Shown piece by piece: positions 26,324-38,125 of a stretch of 64,000 nucleotides of DNA. Source of the DNA: Candidatus Adlerbacteria bacterium (GTDB lineage Bacteria > Patescibacteriota > Minisyncoccia > Phycocordibacterales > SBAW01). The stretch's first letter is position 1, and each line of letters begins with the position of its first letter. Location of the stretch: NCBI GenBank assembly GCA_037135035.1, contig JBAXLB010000003.1, positions 3,548 through 67,547 of the forward strand, in the 5' to 3' direction. The notes beneath the pieces were generated by a model. That model was not told the origin of the DNA. It did no database searches and was given only the letters and a program-made list of their open reading frames with translations. The position numbers and the translations under genes are program-made.

Positions 26324-26917
26324 CTACCTCGACTCTTGGTCGATGGCAGAGCAGATGATATCACGAAGCTTCTTGTTATTAAAGTAGAGGGTTAGGACAC
26401 CATACTTTGTTTTTCTTCTATAATTTCCAACTCCACGATGAGGAGTAATAATAGGTGCGTAAAATTGCTCTCTTTTTGCCTTTAAACTCTTGATCCAGAA
26501 TGTTAGTGCTTCTTCCCCGTTCATATCTCCAAATATCTGAAGTCCGAACTTTAACCTACGTATATCAATACTATAAAGTACCTCCAAAAATTGAATAAAT
26601 TTTCGTATAAGAAATGGGTCGCTATTGCCAAGTCGAACAGAATTTTTACTTCTTTTTGTCCCTTCTCCCCAATACAACCCGATACCAAGGCCATAGAGAA
26701 TGGCTGTAGAAATTGTTTTTGGTTTTTGAAATAAAAATGGATCGCCTTTTGGATTTCTTTTTTTATATATTGCGTCGCTAATACTCCGCTTTGGAATTTC
26801 ATACTTTGAAAGCCAGTAATCGATTTTTGTAGCGGAGCACTTTTCACGTTTCGCAATTTGAGCCGAAGAAAGTCCTTGTTTGCTGTATAAATCCACAAGC
26901 AGTTGTTTGGGAATCAT
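26324..26917 (-). CDS. HTH + LAGLIDADG-like putative homing endonuclease
   Basis: N-terminal HTH (LY...GLS..QIA); GIGLYWGEGTK helix, NSDP.LI..F..FL, FW, YG; AT-rich; ends 1 nt before tRNA-Thr. Confidence 0.7.
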   Translation of the reverse strand: MIPKQLLVDLYSKQGLSSAQIAKREKCSATKIDYWLSKYEIPKRSISDAIYKKRNPKGDPFLFQKPKTISTAILYGLGIGLYWGEGTKRSKNSVRLGNSDPFLIRKFIQFLEVLYSIDIRRLKFGLQIFGDMNGEEALTFWIKSLKAKREQFYAPIITPHRGVGNYRRKTKYGVLTLYFNNKKLRDIICSAIDQESR

Positions 26918-26974
26918 ATTTAAACTATAGCATAGGTCTACTTACTGCTAATAAATCACTCTTAAGCTTTCATT

Positions 26975-28267
26975 CTAAGTACTCGTAGGATGTTTTTGCC
27001 AATATGCCAAGCGCCAGGCAAACCGGAGCGGCGGAAAAAGAGAACCAAGGAATTTGAATGCGCCGTGTTCGTCTATCCACAATGCGTAGGCAACATAGTC
27101 GGGGTCGGCGCTTAACAATTTTTCTTCTGCAAGTGCACGGAGGGCATATATCCCGCACACGCACGCAAACAAAAAAGTAAGCCGCAGACTGTCGAAGACC
27201 GTCACGCCCGAAACAAACGGCAGCCATATCAGAAACCACACAGCACATTTAGTTGCATACACTGGGTGTTTACAAAATCGGTACGCACCGGTGGTAATAA
27301 TTCCGCGGTTGCTTATGTTGGACGAGCGTAGTCCAAACTGCGCTTCGGCCCACAAATGTATAAGTGCAAACAGGATAATAGCCCCGCCTACCGTTTCAAG
27401 CACTGCGGGCAGATGTTGCAGATGCTGCACCCATGGCTGGAACCACGCAGGACTTGCAGCCGCGGGGTTGTAGTTAAACCAATTTTTAAACACGACAACT
27501 TCAAACGGTGCGTAGCACGCGAGTGTGACGACCCACGCAAACCAGGTTGAACTGACTGCCTTTGTTTCGGTACCAATAAGCCGCGCGCCAAACAAGTAGC
27601 CGGGGGTTACCGCAGCAATAATGAGGGCGTATATCATAACCAGCACGTAGTACTCGGCCGCAGGCCACGACCCTTGCAACAGCGAAAGTTCGTGTCCGCG
27701 AAATACTCCCATAGCGCGCACCAGTTCGCAAAAATTTATCGGCAGGAAAAACCCGCGCAGCAACCACATGAGTAGGTTGTCACGCACAAGGTGCCAGTTG
27801 ACCTCTCGCGTACGGCCCAGCACAAAAAGCCCGAGCTGATAGCCGCCCTGCACTGACGGTCCCAGTAAATTGTCTGCAGCAAGAATAAATATCGCGCTCA
27901 ACAATGGCGCCGCGATAAGAATAAGTGGGAGTATGTCAAAAAAAGGCGCGTAGTATGCGTCCCGATATATTGCCAACGTCCCCCACAAAGCGCAGGTAAG
28001 GGCGAGGCCTGCAAGCGTGCCGAGCCACGTTGTCGCAGAGTGCGAAAATATTTTTGATAGCGGTTGCCTCCGTGCCACCACTGGCAACCGTACCCATTCG
28101 AACAGCGTCATGGCACTGGCGACAGCCACAACAATGGCTGCCGCAAGTACCAGGTTAGAAATGGCCGCACGCGAAAAAGCCCAGTATGCAACCAAGGTGG
28201 TTGCGCACAAAATAAACGGGTCAACCCATTTTGAAACAGAATACGGTAAACGTGCGAGAGGGCTCAT
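26975..28267 (-). CDS. Polytopic membrane protein with ICMT/PEMT-like C-terminal domain
   Basis: FG.R.SN...RGIIT.GAYR..KHP.Y; RA..EE..L..DP.Y..Y. Confidence 0.8.
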   Translation of the reverse strand: MSPLARLPYSVSKWVDPFILCATTLVAYWAFSRAAISNLVLAAAIVVAVASAMTLFEWVRLPVVARRQPLSKIFSHSATTWLGTLAGLALTCALWGTLAIYRDAYYAPFFDILPLILIAAPLLSAIFILAADNLLGPSVQGGYQLGLFVLGRTREVNWHLVRDNLLMWLLRGFFLPINFCELVRAMGVFRGHELSLLQGSWPAAEYYVLVMIYALIIAAVTPGYLFGARLIGTETKAVSSTWFAWVVTLACYAPFEVVVFKNWFNYNPAAASPAWFQPWVQHLQHLPAVLETVGGAIILFALIHLWAEAQFGLRSSNISNRGIITTGAYRFCKHPVYATKCAVWFLIWLPFVSGVTVFDSLRLTFLFACVCGIYALRALAEEKLLSADPDYVAYALWIDEHGAFKFLGSLFPPLRFAWRLAYWQKHPTST

Positions 28268-28300
28268 GTGTACCTACCATTGTACACACCAAATATGATG

Positions 28301-28375
28301 CGCGGCCAACCGGACTCGAACCGGCAACCTCTTCCGTGACAGGGAAGCGCTCTAACCAAATTGAGCTATGGCCGC
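28301..28375 (-). tRNA. tRNA-Asp(GTC)
   Basis: CTTCC-CTGTCAC-GGAAG anticodon arm; cloverleaf. Confidence 0.95.
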
Positions 28376-28431
28376 AAATGAGGAACATCGCCTACAGTAG
28401 CGCACTTGGCGGTTATTTTCAAATTACTAGT

Positions 28432-28530
28432 GGACTGGCTTTCGGTCAAATTCTGCCGTCGCAGAATTCGCCTGCAGCCCCGGCTCGCGGTTTTGCAAGT
28501 GCAAAACATCGCTGTGCCGTGCAAGTCCTT
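28432..28530 (-). repeat. tRNA-downstream structured element, copy A
   Basis: 28484-28513 is identical to the reverse complement of 55956-55985; begins with the inverse of the tRNA-Met T-arm. Confidence 0.7.
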
Positions 28531-28568
28531 ACGCGCCATGCATTGGCATGGCGCTCCCTCACACTTTG

Positions 28569-28642
28569 TGTCGATGGAAGGACTTGCACCTTCGACCTTG
28601 GCTTTATGAGTGCCATGCTCTAACTACCTGAGCTACACCGAC
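28569..28642 (-). tRNA. tRNA-Met(CAT), elongator type
   Basis: Acceptor GTCGGTG/CATCGAC; CTCATAA loop. Confidence 0.85.
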
Positions 28643-28747
28643 GTACAGACACGCTAGCATTTTATCTCCTTTGCTTCAACCACATATCCGGGGCCGGGTT
28701 TGGCTTGAGATCAGAAAACCCGGCCTTATGCCGGGTTTTCTATATTT

Positions 28748-28821
28748 TGGTTGCGGGGCCGGGATTTGCACCCGGGTCCCAAGGTTATGAGCCTTGTGAG
28801 GTACTACTCCTCCACCCCGCT
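28748..28821 (-). tRNA. Initiator tRNA-fMet(CAT)
   Basis: AGCGGGG/CCCCGCA with 1:72 mismatch; CTCATAA loop; encoded CCA. Confidence 0.88.
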
Positions 28822-28875
28822 ATATGTAGTATTTTGCACTGCTACAGAGCCACGCGCCCGTATAAAAGCAGTCTA

Positions 28876-29451
28876 TCAAATATAGTCGAACTCTTCAAAC
28901 ACCCTTCTATATTGGTCTATTGTTGCACGCGCGTCACGTTCCGTAAGCGGAAAAGCTTCGCCCAAGTGCGCCAGTGCGTTGCGCATGCGGTGCGCCTCCC
29001 ATGCAATGTCCACGGTGGTAAATTGCAGCGGATTTGCCATTTTTAATTGGTCTCCTAATGTGGCGCCGCTGTAGCCTTTTTCGTTAAGCAACACCGACAG
29101 CATAATGTCGGCTTCCATAATGGCGCGGCGCCAGTCACTTTCGTTCGTAGAAGCGGCGAGCATCGACACTGCTTCCCAGCGTGGGTTTTTTGCTTCGTGC
29201 ACCACTTCATGCTCGTGCTCTGCATGGTCGTGTACTTCCATCGCATGGAACCCATGATGCTCCAACTCATGCAAACGAATGTTTACAAACACGAGAGTCA
29301 CAAGCATCACAAGTGCCAGACTTAAACCCACCACCGCAATAATACTAGCCGTACTTATCAGCTGGCTGTAGAGACTGTGTACGTCGACATGCGTGCCATG
29401 CACGAGTTCGTAGATGCGCGTAAATATAGCTGCAAAGTCGATAGTGAACAT
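28876..29451 (-). CDS. Membrane-anchored conserved hypothetical protein
   Basis: TM; W...........DWR.AI.EAD..L...L...GY.G.TLG..LK, WEAH..RN..AH. Confidence 0.8.
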   Translation of the reverse strand: MFTIDFAAIFTRIYELVHGTHVDVHSLYSQLISTASIIAVVGLSLALVMLVTLVFVNIRLHELEHHGFHAMEVHDHAEHEHEVVHEAKNPRWEAVSMLAASTNESDWRRAIMEADIMLSVLLNEKGYSGATLGDQLKMANPLQFTTVDIAWEAHRMRNALAHLGEAFPLTERDARATIDQYRRVFEEFDYI

Positions 29452-29474
29452 AGATTACCTTCCTATTGTACGCC

Positions 29475-30899
29475 CTATTTTTCTTCGCCTGCTACATTCT
29501 TCCCCACCCGAAACAAAGTTTCTTCATCTCCGTGCGCTGCAGTAAATTGTATGCCGACGGGAAGGCCATCGACTGTGCCCATGGGCACAGAAATTGCTGG
29601 GTTGCCGGTTAAGTTTGCAGTTACTGTAAAAATGTCGGCCAAATAGGCGGAAAGCGGGTCTGATTTTTCGCCTATTTTCCACGCTGGTGTCGGCATTGTT
29701 GGCGTTGCAATAACATCTACGTCTTTAAAGGCCTCTTCAAATTCTTTTCGTAGTTGCTCGCGTGCAGCCACAGCCTTTCCGTAATATGCGTCGTAGTACC
29801 CAGCTGAAAGCACATATGTTCCTAAAATAATTCTACGCCTGGTTTCTGCACCGAACCCTTCCCCTCTGCTTTTTGCATAGTCGTCAAAAAGCGACTCACC
29901 TTGGAGCGAAAGACCGTAGCGGACGCCGTCGAAACGAGAAAGATTGGACGACACTTCAGCAAAGTTAGTGATGTAGTACGCCGCAAGTGCGGGCTGCATT
30001 GAAGGGATAGAAATATCAACAAGTTCATATCCCTGTTTTTCCAACTGTGCAAGGGAATCTTTAAAAACTTTTTCTACCTCTGCAGAGACACCTGCAGTAA
30101 CCGCGCTTGCAAAAACTCCTATCCTTTTTATTTCTTTATTTCTTTTTAGATATAGATCTTCATCAATAGAAGTTGCATCGAGAATATCTTTGCCGCGAAT
30201 CGTATTAAAAATAAGTTCCGCATCTTCGACTGTTTTGGTTATTGGGCCTGCCTGGTCAAACGACGACACAGCAGCAATCAACCCCGAGCGTGACACTGCA
30301 CCATACGTTGGCTTGAGCCCGACCACGCCGCAAAAACTTGCTGGGTTACGCACCGAACCGCCTGTGTCGGTACCAAGCGCACCCAATGCCATATGCGCCG
30401 CCACTGCTGCGGCTGAGCCCCCTGATGTGCCACCTGCTACACGCGTAGGGTCATGCGGGTTTTTAGTTGGCCCAAATGCCGAATTTTCTGTCGAGCCACC
30501 GAGTGCAAATTCGTCCATGTTGGTGCGGCCTAAAAACACGGCACCCGCACTTTTCAGTTTTTGTATAACTGTCGCGTCGTACGTTGCAACATAATTTTCG
30601 AGCATCTTACTTGCAGCAGAAACTTTTTTGCCTGTAATTAAAATATTGTCTTTAATAGCAAGCGGAATACCGAGCAACGGATGAGACTCCCCCGCGCGTC
30701 GACGCGCATCAGCCGCTTCTGCTTGAGCAATAACATCATCAAACACTTCCAAGTACGCATTAAGTCGGTCCACAACTCCCGCAGGTTTGTCTCGTTCAAT
30801 TTCTGCCAGACATGCACGCGCTAAATCAACCGCAGTAATTTCTCCTGCATGCAGTTTTTTACTAGCCTCTGTTATTGAAAGTTCGTTTAATTTAGTCAT
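29475..30899 (-). CDS. gatA: Glu/Asp-tRNA amidotransferase subunit A
   Basis: GIP.AIKDNI, NMDEFA.G.STENS, GGSAAAV, DTGGS.R.PA; start MTKL at 30899. Confidence 0.97.
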   Translation of the reverse strand: MTKLNELSITEASKKLHAGEITAVDLARACLAEIERDKPAGVVDRLNAYLEVFDDVIAQAEAADARRRAGESHPLLGIPLAIKDNILITGKKVSAASKMLENYVATYDATVIQKLKSAGAVFLGRTNMDEFALGGSTENSAFGPTKNPHDPTRVAGGTSGGSAAAVAAHMALGALGTDTGGSVRNPASFCGVVGLKPTYGAVSRSGLIAAVSSFDQAGPITKTVEDAELIFNTIRGKDILDATSIDEDLYLKRNKEIKRIGVFASAVTAGVSAEVEKVFKDSLAQLEKQGYELVDISIPSMQPALAAYYITNFAEVSSNLSRFDGVRYGLSLQGESLFDDYAKSRGEGFGAETRRRIILGTYVLSAGYYDAYYGKAVAAREQLRKEFEEAFKDVDVIATPTMPTPAWKIGEKSDPLSAYLADIFTVTANLTGNPAISVPMGTVDGLPVGIQFTAAHGDEETLFRVGKNVAGEEK

Positions 30900-31194
30900 T
30901 TTTATGTAAAATTTTGCGTACCACTGCGTAGTCGCCTTCACGCTTAGGCAATGCTTCCAGCACCGCATCACGCGAGGCAAGCAGCAGATTTTCTTTTGCA
31001 TAGGGAATATCCTCCCGCATCACGTTGTGGTTGAGGCCCGCTTCCTTTTTGCCGCTTTCGCCTTCAAACGCGTTAATGTGCCCGACATAGTCGAGAATAC
31101 TTGAAATGTCCTTTTGCAAGGCGACTGTCTCCTCCTCCCCCAACTTGAGCCTCGAGAGCTCCGCGAGCTTTTCTATCTCTTCTTTTGAAATCAC
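30892..31194 (-). CDS. gatC: Amidotransferase subunit C
   Basis: ISKEEI.KLA.LSRL, IL.YV, N.MRED; overlaps gatA. Confidence 0.92.
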   Translation of the reverse strand: MISKEEIEKLAELSRLKLGEEETVALQKDISSILDYVGHINAFEGESGKKEAGLNHNVMREDIPYAKENLLLASRDAVLEALPKREGDYAVVRKILHKND

Positions 31195-31269
31195 TCCCCA
31201 ATACTACACTGCCCTCCCAAAAGAAAAAACCCCGCACCTTGAGCGGTGAGGAGTTGAAGAAACGGGAAC

Positions 31270-31749
31270 CTACAGAGGAAGCCCTGCTAACCAGCTTCCT
31301 TCGGGGAAGGTATCCGACGCATTGCGCTGCAAGTTGACCCACCGGCCACCGCCCTCGACGCTGTAGAAGCCCAGGGTTGCATAGGCCTCAACATTCAGTG
31401 GATGCTGCTCCCTTGGCATACCTCCTGCCAGCTTCCAATGTGTGGCATGGGGATGAATGTCGGCAAAGTCTGGGTTGGCTGCGTTGAACGCACAAAGCGA
31501 ATACGGATCAACCGCTTTGAGACGGCGCCCTTTGTACAGCGCAGCCGCCTCATCGTCACGGACCCATTCACCTGTGACTGGAAAGAAGTAAATATTCACC
31601 AAGCTGCCTTCGCCTCGTGGCATAGAAGAAAGCAGGTCTGTGTTAACGTATTGCTCGCGGCACGTTGCGATGAGTATTTCTTCTGGTGTGGGTAGGCGAT
31701 TTACCTTGACTCTGGCGATGATCATATCGCCTTTACGCTTGAGTTCCAT
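31270..31749 (-). CDS. Hypothetical protein, stand-alone cassette
   Basis: GAGGAG SD; downstream hairpin and T-tract; P..L.A.N.A.P.FAD.HP..T.W segment. Confidence 0.65.
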   Translation of the reverse strand: MELKRKGDMIIARVKVNRLPTPEEILIATCREQYVNTDLLSSMPRGEGSLVNIYFFPVTGEWVRDDEAAALYKGRRLKAVDPYSLCAFNAANPDFADIHPHATHWKLAGGMPREQHPLNVEAYATLGFYSVEGGGRWVNLQRNASDTFPEGSWLAGLPL

Positions 31750-31810
31750 GGCAGTATCTCCTCGTGCAAAAAATGTGGAACTAACCTAATTGATTTTTAC
31801 TACTTTTCCG

Positions 31811-33826
<2,016 letters not shown>

Positions 33827-33840
33827 CTACACGGTTTCCT

Positions 33841-34377
33841 TTAATAGCTCACTTTCAACTCGCGTTCCAGCTGATTTTGCGCGTTTTTGGCACAGGTGTT
33901 GTACCCGTGCGAACGTATCGTGGTCGACACGATACCCAAATTGTTGACCACCTTCCCTACCTCTACGCGTGCGCAGTACGAGTATGACGGGAAGGTTAAT
34001 GTAAATGTAGTAGTCGCGGCAGTGTCGGTAGATCCAACATTCCAGGTACCCCACCCGCCAGGTTCTGGGCCAAACGGAGTCGGCGGAGTCCCTTTTGCAG
34101 CAATATCGTATGCACCACATACAACCCCTGAGGTTGGGTACGTCGAAGCGCTCGAAGTAGCAAACGCACTCCCAGCTCCAATAAATTTTGAGTCCCAGTA
34201 GAGCGCACATTCGGCACCGCTGTCGGCAGCGTAAATTGCGTACTGCGACTGTATCACCGTGGTTGCAAGGTCAAGCTGGCGCACGGTTATGTCGTAAATA
34301 GCAAGACCAATAGCGAGCGCCAAAGACGCAACCAGCGTTGCAAAAAATATAGTAAAGCCTTTGGAATTTTTTTTCAT
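33841..34377 (-). CDS. Minor pilin (PilX-like)
   Basis: KGF-hydrophobic helix; A.YAADSG.ECA. Confidence 0.8.
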   Translation of the reverse strand: MKKNSKGFTIFFATLVASLALAIGLAIYDITVRQLDLATTVIQSQYAIYAADSGAECALYWDSKFIGAGSAFATSSASTYPTSGVVCGAYDIAAKGTPPTPFGPEPGGWGTWNVGSTDTAATTTFTLTFPSYSYCARVEVGKVVNNLGIVSTTIRSHGYNTCAKNAQNQLERELKVSY

Positions 34378-34383
34378 ATATAG

Positions 34384-34998
34384 TTACTGCCAGTTAAGCA
34401 AGTTTTCGCGCAGTACAACAGAACGCACAACTCCGCCAACGTCCTTCCACTGCACGAGGACGGTCAGTTCTGCTTCGCTGGTGTTGCCACCCTGTGAAGG
34501 CGTTTGAATACTTATGGTGCGCGAAAAAATAGTTTGCGTATTTCCAGCCGTGACATATGTGTAGTATTGATTGCCCTGGTCAAAGTAGAGTGGCATAGAC
34601 GCACACCCCGTAGTAACCAAGCCGCAGTTTGAAACGAGGTCTTGCAACGAGTCGACCACGCACGCATTGCCATTTGTACAGTTTGGCTGCGCGCCGCTGT
34701 TGCTTGTCGTGTGGCCATTGTTCCCACCGTCGAGCCCTGCCAGCCAGTCGCTGTTGTTTGAAAGCCTGTTTGTATCGCGGATAAACCGGACATACTCCAC
34801 AGCGTCTTGCGCTAAAAATGTTGCGGCCACTTGGTCTTTTGCGATGAGTGCCAAACTTAAACCTTTTGCAGCAATAGTAAGTGGCCCCGCAATTGCCGTT
34901 GTCAAAATAAGGATAGCGAGCAGAGTTTCAACAAGTGTAAACCCCGCCTGCCGGCGGGCAGGCCCTCGTGCACGCATATGTGTTTTTTTACCTGTCAT
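34384..34998 (-). CDS. Minor pilin (PilV-like)
   Basis: G|FTLVE N-methylation motif; A..LAQ..VE..R..RD. Confidence 0.85.
   Translation of the reverse strand: MTGKKTHMRARGPARRQAGFTLVETLLAILILTTAIAGPLTIAAKGLSLALIAKDQVAATFLAQDAVEYVRFIRDTNRLSNNSDWLAGLDGGNNGHTTSNSGAQPNCTNGNACVVDSLQDLVSNCGLVTTGCASMPLYFDQGNQYYTYVTAGNTQTIFSRTISIQTPSQGGNTSEAELTVLVQWKDVGGVVRSVVLRENLLNWQ
34943..34962. repeat. 20-nt GC palindrome inserted in a pilin leader
   Basis: CCTGCCCGCCGGCAGGCGGG (minus strand), encodes PARRQAG just before FTLVE. Confidence 0.6.
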
Positions 34999-35569
34999 AA
35001 AAGCGTTGTGTTACGGACGTTTGAAAGTTAAATACTGATTTTTGCACACCCTTAACCACGACATAGCCAGAAATAAGCATGACAACGCGGGGCTGTATAT
35101 TGTCTGTGTTAAATGCACCGAGGCCAAAAAATTTAAGGGATTTCACAAAAATCTCTGGCGAGGTAATGCTTGCATACGACGCTCCTCCGTCCGTTGAGCG
35201 CAAAATACACCCGACATTGTTTGGGCAGCCAATAGTGCCAAACTGGTAGACCGTTTCGTTGCCAGTTGCTGCCAAAAACGCAAACTGTGTGGAACCGGCG
35301 CTGGTGCAGTCGAGCGTTGCCGTAAGTGTGCCTGCGCCGCAATGGTAATTTATGCCGGTGCGAATAGCGCGCGACATGCTGTCTATCGCCGAGTCAAAGT
35401 TGTTAGTTGCCGATGACAACAATTCTGCTCTGCGGTTCGCTTCCGAAAGCGAAAGGAGTGCACCAAGCGCAACAACCATCACCGTGCTAAATATAGCAAC
35501 CGACACGAGCATTTCTATAAGTGTAAAACCCCTCGGTCGTAGTCCTATGGGTGAGACTCGGTTGTTCAT
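34988..35569 (-). CDS. Minor pilin (PilW-like)
   Basis: G|FTLIEMLVSVAIF. Confidence 0.85.
   Translation of the reverse strand: MNNRVSPIGLRPRGFTLIEMLVSVAIFSTVMVVALGALLSLSEANRRAELLSSATNNFDSAIDSMSRAIRTGINYHCGAGTLTATLDCTSAGSTQFAFLAATGNETVYQFGTIGCPNNVGCILRSTDGGASYASITSPEIFVKSLKFFGLGAFNTDNIQPRVVMLISGYVVVKGVQKSVFNFQTSVTQRFYDR
35530..35557. repeat. Hairpin-family element in a pilin leader
   Basis: CCCTCGGTCGTAGTCCTATGGGTGAGAC; 25/28 identical to 37496-37523, 21/28 to 54918-54945. Confidence 0.7.
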
Positions 35570-36252
35570 GGCAGTGTTCCTGGCGCTTGGACGCTTATTT
35601 GCCCGGGGGATGTTATCACAACGCTACGCGTAGTGCCGTCACCCGAGCGCACTTGAATATACCCACTGATATAGGACTCACCGTTAATGTCGGTTGTAAA
35701 AACCGCATCGGGGTTTGGACGTTTAAACAAAATGTTGAGCGACGTAATGGTGCGCATGCCCGAGGAGTCGTCTGCACCGGTGCAGCGGTTCGAGCCGCCC
35801 GAGAGTTTTGTACAGACTTCGCTTATGACGTAGCCGGTGTTTAGTGAAAATACTTTAACTGTTTCCTCTGTGGAGTCGTACACACCGTTGTTATTAAAGT
35901 CGGCAAACAAGACATAGGAAGAAGGTGTTGCAGCAGAAAAATAGAGTCCGTATGCAGATGCATAACTCACGGCGCCCGAATTATTACTGCCGAGCACGCT
36001 GGTACCGTACACCTGGGTTTGCCGCACCGAGAGTGCCACGCTGTACGCGAGGCTACGCAAAATAGTTGAGCTGTCGAACCGCGACTGCCGCAACAACAGC
36101 ACCATCGTAATGATGACAATAATTGCCGATACTACGAGCAATTCGATAAGTGTAAAACCGCGGCTCCTACCCAGCGCGAACTTGCTCTTACCAGAGGAGA
36201 AAATATGTTGAAAAAAGATCGACATGAAAGAAGTACACGAGCAGGGCCCCAA
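35566..36252 (-). CDS. Minor pilin (FimT-like); true start probably ~36225
   Basis: G|FTLIELLVV; YGLYF, YVLFAD. Confidence 0.85.
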   Translation of the reverse strand: MGPCSCTSFMSIFFQHIFSSGKSKFALGRSRGFTLIELLVVSAIIVIITMVLLLRQSRFDSSTILRSLAYSVALSVRQTQVYGTSVLGSNNSGAVSYASAYGLYFSAATPSSYVLFADFNNNGVYDSTEETVKVFSLNTGYVISEVCTKLSGGSNRCTGADDSSGMRTITSLNILFKRPNPDAVFTTDINGESYISGYIQVRSGDGTTRSVVITSPGQISVQAPGTLP

Positions 36253-36973
36253 GCGCTAAGAACGGCGCAAAGGGAAGCTCACTTTGTATTGTAAACCCAC
36301 GCGAGCGGTATTTCCATGGAAGTTGTGCGACCAAAACAAGCCCGACACCAACGAAGGCGCCTGTCCAAACCGAAAGTGCGAGTGCACTCAGAGCTGGCAC
36401 GAGCCCGAGGAACCACCCGAGTGAAAGTTGGAAGACCCCGTCGCCCCACCCCATCCACCGACCACGAGAAAAAAATGACAATGCTAAAAGTGGCAGCGCC
36501 AAAAGTGGCCCCGAGAGAAGTGCGGCAAAAGATGGCATACCTGACAAAAAAAGAGACACGAGGGACAACCCTATAAGCAACAGCGAACAACTCCACGGAA
36601 TAACCGTATGACGTATGTCGTATATAACGATAAACAAAATAACCATCCACACAAAAAACCAAAATGCATACATAAGTGGTGTCTGCACCGTGCTAAAGAC
36701 CCCAAACGAAAGCATGGCAGCAGCAAGTTCAACCAGCGGATATTGCATTGAAATACGTGTACCACAATAGCGACACTTCCCGCCGAGAAAAAAATACGAA
36801 AGGAGTGGGATGAGGTCGAGTGCGCGGAGCACATGTCCACATCGCATACAACTTGAGCGTCCGTGTGCAATGCTTTTACCTGTGTTAAAGCGGAACGAAA
36901 GCGCATTTAAAAAACTACCGGCGATGAGCCCGAGACCTATACTCCAAAGCCCAAGGGCAGAAAGTTCGTACAT
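36188..36973 (-). CDS. pilD: Prepilin peptidase
   Basis: GSFLN, RS.C..C...L...DLIP..S....GKCRYC...IS.QYP.VE, YD, MG.GD, PFAPFL. Confidence 0.95.
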   Translation of the reverse strand: MYELSALGLWSIGLGLIAGSFLNALSFRFNTGKSIAHGRSSCMRCGHVLRALDLIPLLSYFFLGGKCRYCGTRISMQYPLVELAAAMLSFGVFSTVQTPLMYAFWFFVWMVILFIVIYDIRHTVIPWSCSLLLIGLSLVSLFLSGMPSFAALLSGPLLALPLLALSFFSRGRWMGWGDGVFQLSLGWFLGLVPALSALALSVWTGAFVGVGLVLVAQLPWKYRSRGFTIQSELPFAPFLALGALLVYFFHVDLFSTYFLLW

Positions 36974-37536
36974 TAGTTGGTGACGTCGTAACAGTTGTCG
37001 GCGCCACCAAAACCTGCCGTAGCACCCACACAGTCTGTTGCTACACCGTTAAAGTTGGCGTTGCTCGTTGCACATTTTTGAAACCCTGCCGGCGCCGCGG
37101 CCAGGTCTGCATCTTGCGTTATGGCATTGTTTGCTTCAAGCGCAGCACCAAGATGGTACTTGCTTGCAGGGACCGCGTAACAGTCGGCAGTGCCCCCCGT
37201 AACATTGAGCGCCGCATATGCATAACAACTCGCTTCCGAACCTATGTTGCAGACAACAGTGCCGTTTGGGTCATAGGGAATGTTCGGTAAATAATTTGGT
37301 ATAAGGGAACCCAGTACGGTCGGATATTTTAAATTGTCGTTGTAATATTCCTCGAGCGAAAGTTGGAGGTTTTTAATATCGGATATGCGTTTTGCGTCGC
37401 GGGTCTTTTTCCTTGCGCTCGCCAAGTTAACCATGACAATAGATGCCAAAATACCAATGATGGCAATGACGACGAGGAGCTCTATGAGAGTAAAACCCTC
37501 GGTTATAGCCCTATGGGTGAGACCTCTTTTTTTCAT
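36973..37536 (-). CDS. Type IV pilin
   Basis: G|[17 protein letters not shown]; RDA.R.SD. Confidence 0.92.
   Translation of the reverse strand: MKKRGLTHRAITEGFTLIELLVVIAIIGILASIVMVNLASARKKTRDAKRISDIKNLQLSLEEYYNDNLKYPTVLGSLIPNYLPNIPYDPNGTVVCNIGSEASCYAYAALNVTGGTADCYAVPASKYHLGAALEANNAITQDADLAAAPAGFQKCATSNANFNGVATDCVGATAGFGGADNCYDVTN
37496..37523. repeat. Hairpin-family element in a pilin leader
   Basis: CCCTCGGTTATAGCCCTATGGGTGAGAC immediately before G|FTLIE. Confidence 0.7.
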
Positions 37537-38081
37537 TAGTTACAACCGGTCGTTACGGTACCACCACTGTTGCTGTTTATCATTACTTTTCCAGCAGGTA
37601 TCGCGCCCGACCCAACTTCCAAATATGAACAGATTTCGTAATTTTGAGTTGTCGGGTTTCCGGAAGAGCCGTCTTGTTTAGCAATGAGGTAGTTACAAGC
37701 TGCGGTTGGGCTACTGGTGCATGGAGCACCTGACGATGTAACTGCAGGGTCAATGTAACTTGCAAAGCTTATAGGAGCAGGCCCTGTGCAGGCACTTGCC
37801 TTGTTGGTAGTTGAATTTGGTGTTGCCGAACTACCACCACCGGTGCAGCCAGTCAAAGGTAATGCTGGGTCGGTGTCGGCGACTGCAATTGCCTTACCCA
37901 TTTCTTGGAGTGATGCTACACGGGCTGCATCGCGCGCCTTCGTACGAGCACCCGTCAAAGACACGAGCACAATTGCGGCCAGAATGCCGATGATAGCGAT
38001 AACAACGAGGAGTTCGATAAGGGTAAAGCCTCGGGTGGACGTTTTTTTGAAAAATGTGTGCATAGGTACAGTATAGCGCAC
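37536..38081 (-). CDS. Type IV pilin (major-pilin-like); start probably 38063
   Basis: G|[17 protein letters not shown]; ARDA.R. Confidence 0.92.
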   Translation of the reverse strand: MRYTVPMHTFFKKTSTRGFTLIELLVVIAIIGILAAIVLVSLTGARTKARDAARVASLQEMGKAIAVADTDPALPLTGCTGGGSSATPNSTTNKASACTGPAPISFASYIDPAVTSSGAPCTSSPTAACNYLIAKQDGSSGNPTTQNYEICSYLEVGSGAIPAGKVMINSNSGGTVTTGCN

Positions 38082-38125
38082 AGAGCTTCTATGCCTTTGT
38101 GCGGTGGGGATAAGCCTATATAGGC

